64,000 nucleotides of DNA, from NCBI GenBank assembly GCA_027320085.1, contig DAHVLZ010000009.1:265017-329016 (forward strand), written 5' to 3'. Position 1 is the first letter of the stretch. Each line of letters starts with the position of its first letter. Under the pieces are notes generated by a model. It saw nothing but the letters and a program-made list of their open reading frames with translations. It did no database searches and had not been told where the DNA came from. Positions 59,103-64,000 of this stretch are shown here, one piece after another. The position numbers and the translations under genes were made by a program. This stretch comes from Pseudomonadota bacterium. GTDB lineage: Bacteria; Pseudomonadota; Gammaproteobacteria; JAKAQQ01.

Positions 59103-59698
59103 ATTTTCTCCTGCGAACCTCTCGCCCTCTCGAGTTTTTGATCGACCGGCTCCTCGATCCTGTTTTTGCCGGGACCGATCTCCAGCACCGGCTTGCCGGT
59201 CGTAGCCTGATTGTCGAAATCACGGATCTCGGCTGCTCGTTCTCACTCGCTTTCCACCATCTCGGAGTTCGTCTCAGCCCCGGGTCTGGGGAACAGAGCG
59301 ATCTCGTCTTACGGGGTACGCTGGGCGAGTTCATAGGACAATTACAGGGACTCTCGGAACCCACACTCCAGTTTGAAGGCGATCTCGGATTTGCCCGTAT
59401 GCTTGGAGAGTTAGCCCAGCAGCTGCCACGGAAGCGCGACTTTTGGCTTAAGGCCATTCTGGGTGACCATCTGGGTCGCTGGCTGTCTCGTACCCTGGAG
59501 GACGGTGCACCATTCTTCCAAAAAAATGCAGCACAATTTGCGGGTTTCACACGAATCGGTCTCGAACGGATCGGATTTGGGGTCAACCTGACACACTTCT
59601 CATCCTGGCAGTCGACACTCAAGGAACTCGCGATGCAACTGGACACACTTGAAAACCTTGTCCGGGCCAGACAGTGGGAAGGGTACCCTCCCCCATGA
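59099..59698 (+). CDS. ubiJ: Ubiquinone biosynthesis accessory factor UbiJ (SCP2 domain)
   Basis: The GTG start overlaps the ubiE stop (GTGA). The N-terminus LEFLIDRLLDP is UbiJ-like. It sits between ubiE and ubiB. Confidence 0.6.
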   Translation: MNFLLRTSRPLEFLIDRLLDPVFAGTDLQHRLAGRSLIVEITDLGCSFSLAFHHLGVRLSPGSGEQSDLVLRGTLGEFIGQLQGLSEPTLQFEGDLGFARMLGELAQQLPRKRDFWLKAILGDHLGRWLSRTLEDGAPFFQKNAAQFAGFTRIGLERIGFGVNLTHFSSWQSTLKELAMQLDTLENLVRARQWEGYPPP

Positions 59699-61320
59699 GT
59701 CCCAGAAACTGGCTAAGACTCATCTGGATCCAATGGATCCTCGTTAAGCATGGGCTGGACGACCTTTTGTTCGAGTGGACACCGCTGCGCCATGTCCGCC
59801 CTCTGCGACGGCTTCTACCTTGGCATTGGAAGCTCCGCAAGACACCACTGGCTATCCGGCTCCGATTGGCCCTTGAGGAACTCGGCCCACTCTATGTGAA
59901 GTTCGGTCAGCTTCTCTCCACTCGCCGCGACCTTCTACCTCGTGATTTCATTGACGAGCTCACGAAACTACAAGACCAAGTTCCACCTTTCCCCGGCATA
60001 CTGGCTCGAAATGCCATTGAAACCGCCTGGAAGGAACCCCTCGATCGCCACCTTGCCGCTTTCGACGAAACTCCTCTTGCGTCCGCTTCGATTGCACAAG
60101 TTCATGCTGCCCGTCTCCACAATGGCCGTGATGTCGTCATCAAAATAATCCGCCCTGGTATTGACCGACTCATCAAGCGGGATCTTATCCTGCTCGACCA
60201 CCTGGCTTTCTGGATCGAGCGTTATTGGGGACCTGGCGTTCATCTTCATCCGCGTGCCATCGTCGCCAAGTTTGCGCAGACGCTGCACGATGAACTCAAC
60301 CTGCTTCAGGAAGCCGGACATGCAAGCCAGCTCAGGCGCAATTTCCAAAACAGCCCCTTTCTCGCGATCCCCGAGGTTATATGGGAACTTACCCGCGAGC
60401 GGATCATGGTCATGGAACGGATCTACGGGATACCTATCCATGACTTTGCCTTGCTCCGGGCGCACGGGGTAGATTTCCGGGAGCTGGCACAACGGGGAGT
60501 CTCCATCTTCTTTACCCAAGTCTTTCGTGATAATTTTTTTCACGCCGACATGCATCCTGGAAACCTCTTCGTCGATGTCCGGGATCCGCGCCATCCCTGC
60601 TACCAGGCAGTGGATTTCGGCATCATGGGTACACTGACTGAGGAAGACCGTCACTACCTCGCAGCCAACTTCCTGGCTTTTTTCAATCGTGACTATCGCC
60701 AAGTTGCCCGTCTTCACTTGCTCTCCGGCTGGGTTCCTCCCCAAACACCTCTGGACGAACTGGAGGCCGCAATCCGGAGTGTCTGCGAGCCAATCTTCAA
60801 CCGCCCGCTCAAGGAGATTTCACTGGGCCAACTGTTGATCCGGCTATTCCAGACTGCCCGCCGTTTCAATGTTGACCTCAAGCCCGAACTCGTTCTCCTT
60901 CAGAAAACCCTGATTGCCGTAGAAGGGCTTGGCCGGCAGCTCGATCCGGATCTCGACCTCTGGAAGTCAGCCAAGCCGTTGCTGGAACGCTGGATGCGTC
61001 AACAGGTGAGCCCCTTCAATCTTCTGCGTCATGGAATCGAGAACTGGCCGGCTCTTTCGTGGGGCTTGCAAGCTTGGCTCGACGAGGCAACCCACCGGAT
61101 GGCCCGGCATGGTTCTACGGATGCGCCGCAGCCAGTGGAACCAGCGGGGAAAAACCAGAGTTCCTCGCATTCATTCCCCATCCGTCTCGCCATCGCCGGA
61201 CTAGTTTTGGCATCAGGAATCGCCTGGGTCGCACTCGAGCTGCCGCCGAAATTTCTAGGGCCTGCATTGCTGGTGCTATCCGGGGTTTTGCTGGCCTTTC
61301 TCTGGTGGCACCCACACTGA
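59695..61320 (+). CDS. ubiB: Ubiquinone biosynthesis protein kinase-like UbiB
   Basis: ALEELGPLYVKFGQLLSTRRDLLP and the ABC1/ADCK kinase-like core are present, and two TM helices close the C-terminus. The ATG start overlaps the ubiJ stop (ATGA). Confidence 0.9.
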   Translation: MSPRNWLRLIWIQWILVKHGLDDLLFEWTPLRHVRPLRRLLPWHWKLRKTPLAIRLRLALEELGPLYVKFGQLLSTRRDLLPRDFIDELTKLQDQVPPFPGILARNAIETAWKEPLDRHLAAFDETPLASASIAQVHAARLHNGRDVVIKIIRPGIDRLIKRDLILLDHLAFWIERYWGPGVHLHPRAIVAKFAQTLHDELNLLQEAGHASQLRRNFQNSPFLAIPEVIWELTRERIMVMERIYGIPIHDFALLRAHGVDFRELAQRGVSIFFTQVFRDNFFHADMHPGNLFVDVRDPRHPCYQAVDFGIMGTLTEEDRHYLAANFLAFFNRDYRQVARLHLLSGWVPPQTPLDELEAAIRSVCEPIFNRPLKEISLGQLLIRLFQTARRFNVDLKPELVLLQKTLIAVEGLGRQLDPDLDLWKSAKPLLERWMRQQVSPFNLLRHGIENWPALSWGLQAWLDEATHRMARHGSTDAPQPVEPAGKNQSSSHSFPIRLAIAGLVLASGIAWVALELPPKFLGPALLVLSGVLLAFLWWHPH

Positions 61321-61329
61321 ATGAAAAGC

Positions 61330-62496
61330 TTATAATCGCTCGCTTTCATCGCACTGGATCCAACCCGCCCACGATGGGGCCTTCCCCTTCGTGCACATCA
61401 TGACCCGAAACAGTTCACCAGCTTCCTCTGGATTGGTCAATCGCAACATGTCCTGAATCCATGTCCAGTGCTCTTGCTCGGCGGGATTTTCCTCCCAGCC
61501 TTGGGCTGCCAGTACAAAGGGGGCCAGCCGGGCAAAACCGTCCAAGTCCCAGCCTGCACCTTCGAATGCCTCTGCCAATGCTGTGAAATCCACCATTGCG
61601 GTGATGTCTTGCACTCCAGGCGCGTAGAGAGGATCCGCATAGGTTCGGTGCTGCAGATAGCAGGCGAGTGTGCCGTGGTATCGCTCTGGATGGTAATAAA
61701 GACGTCGGGGGTATCCGTAGTCAATCACGATTGCGCAACCCTCACGGCAGTTTTTGAGTAACGCCCTGAGACGTGTGTCGAGCGAGAGATTCCATTCCGT
61801 TCGGTAAGGAACTGGGAAAGGTCCATATTGGGATTCCAGATTTTCGAGCATGTGCTGGGTTCCGGGCCTCACCGGTAGTGCTTGCCACGAGAGGGTCTGG
61901 CCCCTGACTTTGACTCCCCATTCAAACCACCCGGATGCTGCTTTTTCCACTAGGGCAACCGGCCAGGCATCAATGATTTCGTTTAGGATCACCAGACCAG
62001 ACCACTCCTCCGCAGGAAGCTGAACCTGCCACTCAGGTGTCCGGACACCGGAATGTTGGTCTCGGGACCAGAGTGCTGCCTGTCTTTTCGTTTGGGTTGG
62101 GCTAGGTTCAATCAATAGATGCTGATCAGGCACACATTCCAAACGTAACAATTCGTGAGACATGGCGTGTGATAATCGACCGGTGCCTGGCCCAACCTCA
62201 ATGAGCGTCGGGGGCAGACCCGCATGGATCAGGTCGGCTGCAACTGATGCCAGTGTCCGTGCGAAGAGTGTTGTCGATTCGGGCAGGGTCACAAAATCAC
62301 CAGCTGAACCGATCGTTTCTGAAGCTGTCCGGTAATATCCGAAGCGGGTATCGTAGAGGACGAAGTCCATATAACGATCGAAATAGATCGCCCCCTGCAC
62401 TGTCTCCATTTGCCGAAGGGCTTGCCGTGTCTCGGCGCATCGGTGGGCCTGTGGCTCAGTGAGTTCGGGCAGGGGGATCGCAATTTCGGTTTTCAT
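61330..62496 (-). CDS. MidA/COG1565-family SAM-dependent methyltransferase
   Basis: FDRYMDFVLYD...GYY...GDFVT and GPGTG are COG1565/DUF185 signatures. The start is taken at MKTEIAI. Confidence 0.65.
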   Translation of the reverse strand: MKTEIAIPLPELTEPQAHRCAETRQALRQMETVQGAIYFDRYMDFVLYDTRFGYYRTASETIGSAGDFVTLPESTTLFARTLASVAADLIHAGLPPTLIEVGPGTGRLSHAMSHELLRLECVPDQHLLIEPSPTQTKRQAALWSRDQHSGVRTPEWQVQLPAEEWSGLVILNEIIDAWPVALVEKAASGWFEWGVKVRGQTLSWQALPVRPGTQHMLENLESQYGPFPVPYRTEWNLSLDTRLRALLKNCREGCAIVIDYGYPRRLYYHPERYHGTLACYLQHRTYADPLYAPGVQDITAMVDFTALAEAFEGAGWDLDGFARLAPFVLAAQGWEENPAEQEHWTWIQDMLRLTNPEEAGELFRVMMCTKGKAPSWAGWIQCDESERL

Positions 62497-62609
62497 TGGA
62501 GAAAATACTACCCAGATCCAGGGCGTCGTGCAAAAAATGCTTGCGGACGGGTTGCGGTAACTTAATGGCCGTTTCGGTTTTATGTCAGGATGCGTTATGC
62601 TAGCGTCCA

Positions 62610-63392
62610 ATGGTTAGCATCTGGCGTATGTCGCCCGTCGTCCCTGTACCTGTTCAGACTGAAGGCCAGGTTGCCCTGATCACTGGAGCAGGGCGTCGGA
62701 TTGGTGCTGCCATCGCTCGAACTCTCCACAGTGCAGAGGTGCGCATCATCCTGCATTACCACCACTCTGAAACCGAGGCACGGGAACTCGCCGACCAATT
62801 GAATAAGATCCGTCCAGACTCAGCACGAACACTAAAGGCCAATCTTCTTGAGACTGCTGAACTGAGTGACATGGCCGCGACCGCTTTGTCGTTCTGGTCT
62901 CGTCTTGACATATTGATCAATAACGCCTCCAGCTTTTATCCAACTCCACTGGCATCTCTGTCCGAGGAGGCCTGGGATGATCTAATGGGAACCAATCTCA
63001 AGGCCCCACTCTTCCTGATCCGTGCAACGGCGGATGCCCTGAAGGCACAGCACGGATCCATTGTCAATCTAGTTGATATCCACGCTCGTAAACCACTCCG
63101 CGGCCATCTCATCTACGGAGCGGCCAAAGCTGGCCTCGAAATGCTGACACGTGCCCTTGCACGTGAGCTTGCACCCGAGGTACGAGTCAATGCAGTGGCT
63201 CCGGGTACCATCTTGTGGCAGGAAAGCGGCGTCCCGGAATCCGTGCAACGTAAAATCCTCACCCGCGTGCCACTCAAGCGTATGGGATCGGTGGATGATA
63301 TCGCAAAAGCGGTGCTATTCCTTGTCCGGGACGCACCCTATGTGACCGGCGCAGTGATTCCTGTTGACGGAGGACGGAGCATCGGCAGTTGA
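62610..63392 (+). CDS. SDR-family oxidoreductase, pteridine-reductase-like
   Basis: It has ALITGAGRRIGAAIA (TGxxxRIG), YxxxK (YGAAKAG), and similarity to PTR1/FolM. The start may be at the Met at 62628. Confidence 0.7.
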   Translation: MVSIWRMSPVVPVPVQTEGQVALITGAGRRIGAAIARTLHSAEVRIILHYHHSETEARELADQLNKIRPDSARTLKANLLETAELSDMAATALSFWSRLDILINNASSFYPTPLASLSEEAWDDLMGTNLKAPLFLIRATADALKAQHGSIVNLVDIHARKPLRGHLIYGAAKAGLEMLTRALARELAPEVRVNAVAPGTILWQESGVPESVQRKILTRVPLKRMGSVDDIAKAVLFLVRDAPYVTGAVIPVDGGRSIGS

Positions 63393-63752
63393 TTCGGGAT
63401 CGGCCTCGCGTTCGATGATGACCCCAACCCGATCCGCACCACGAACTGCACCGGGCTTTTCGAGTACCACCTGTACGGCCTGTACCGGATATTCGGTGAG
63501 GACGAGAGCCGCCACGGCTTCCGCCACGGTTTCTATCAGGGCAAAGGAGCGATTGTGGATCATTGCCTGGATGCGCTCGGCAACGGAGCGATAGTCAACC
63601 GTCTCTTCGATCCTCCCACTCCGAGCTGAAACTGAGAGTTTGATTGTCATCTCAAGATGGAGAACGAGTCGTTGGCGCAGGGGTTTTTCGTAGGCATGGA
63701 TACCAATCTGGGTTTCCAGGCAAAGCCCGTGGATAAATACTCGGTCAGGCAT
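63315..63752 (-). CDS. folB: Dihydroneopterin aldolase
   Basis: MPDRVFIHGLCLETQIGIHAYEK...LIETVAE matches the FolB fold. There is a 78-nt convergent overlap with the SDR gene. Confidence 0.8.
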   Translation of the reverse strand: MPDRVFIHGLCLETQIGIHAYEKPLRQRLVLHLEMTIKLSVSARSGRIEETVDYRSVAERIQAMIHNRSFALIETVAEAVAALVLTEYPVQAVQVVLEKPGAVRGADRVGVIIEREADPESTADAPSSVNRNHCAGHIGCVPDKE

Positions 63753-64000
63753 GGATCTGCCTCACCCCAAGGCATCGACGGGGTGGCCTGACAGACTCGA
63801 GCGGCCAGCGTGTCCGGACGTGCTCGTCGGTTGTTGTTTGTTCGCCAGCCAGCCATCGGAGCCAAGCGACATGAGCAACCATGGCTGCATTATCGGTGCA
63901 GAACTCAAGGGGAGGGAAATACACACGGACCCCGGTGCCTTGGGAGCGCCGGTCAAGTGAGCTGCGGAGCCGTTGGTTGGCACTGACTCCTCCCGCGACG
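63745..64000 (-). CDS. tsaD: tRNA N6-adenosine threonylcarbamoyltransferase TsaD (3' end only)
   Basis: This frame has no annotated ORF in the track. Translation gives ...LEFCTDNAAMVAHVAWLRW..., matching the TsaD C-terminal EFCTDNGAMIA motif. The stop (63745-63747) overlaps the folB start. Confidence 0.55.
   Translation of the reverse strand, partial: VAGGVSANQRLRSSLDRRSQGTGVRVYFPPLEFCTDNAAMVAHVAWLRWLAGEQTTTDEHVRTRWPLESVRPPRRCLGVRQIHA

Noticed and set aside
1025-63983. Numerous 60-200-aa ORFs lying antisense to, or nested within, confidently assigned genes (for example 346-720, 1515-1973, 8198-8668, 16823-17164, 40456-41154, 45649-46203, 59968-60744)
   Set aside because: High GC content generates long spurious open frames. 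These overlap strong homologs on the other strand or frame and have Arg/Pro/Gly-rich compositions atypical of real proteins.
1-64000. I searched for CRISPR arrays, tRNA/rRNA genes, integrases, transposases, IS inverted repeats and restriction-modification or other defence genes
   Set aside because: I found none. There are no direct-repeat arrays, tRNA-like cloverleaf candidates in intergenic regions, DDE or tyrosine-recombinase motifs. The only helicase is housekeeping recG and the only AAA ATPase is ExeA-like.

Overview
This is a GC-rich (~58%) chromosomal window from a Gram-negative proteobacterium (inferred from the sequence), densely packed with housekeeping genes on both strands. I found no rRNA, tRNA, CRISPR array, transposase or integrase. 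Recognisable content, left to right: an ABC transporter with a DUF4097-like partner; a divergent K+ homeostasis pair (KefB/C-type CPA2 antiporter and Kup) followed closely by a Kvbeta-type aldo-keto reductase; an APC amino-acid permease; a periplasmic redox cluster (diheme cytochrome c4, a thioredoxin-fold protein and two small exported proteins, one His-rich); ornithine aminotransferase, malate dehydrogenase, quinone oxidoreductase, FadE and a PlsC-family acyltransferase; and a type II secretion accessory block (ExeA/GspA-like AAA ATPase, GspB, a 616-aa exported unknown, and a PleD-like REC-REC protein with a degenerate GGDEF domain). Then come tatCBA, dtd, an HU-like protein, yggT and proC, divergent from a three-gene array of PilT-family ATPases (pilT, pilU and a third PilU-like paralog). 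The proC/pilT promoter region contains a perfect C9-TT-G10 inverted repeat. Further along: an S9-peptidase homolog whose nucleophile serine is replaced by glycine; recG; ubiC; a bacterial S10 serine-carboxypeptidase homolog; a secreted beta-propeller/phosphoesterase fusion next to an outer-membrane porin; azoR; a LysR regulator ahead of a TonB-dependent receptor with a ~400-nt leader; UDG-family and PhzF-family genes; a PRMT-like methyltransferase carrying a THW loop; skp; xth; a translationally coupled DUF971-ubiE-ubiJ-ubiB operon; a MidA-like methyltransferase; a pteridine-reductase-like SDR; folB; and the 3' end of tsaD. All calls come from reading the ORF translations against remembered family motifs, with no database search. 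I saw no canonical defence system. The most unusual items are the homopolymer hairpin at pilT, the triple PilT array, the pseudo-S9 peptidase, the S10 peptidase, the exeA-gspB-unknown-PleD-like operon, and the His-rich periplasmic module.
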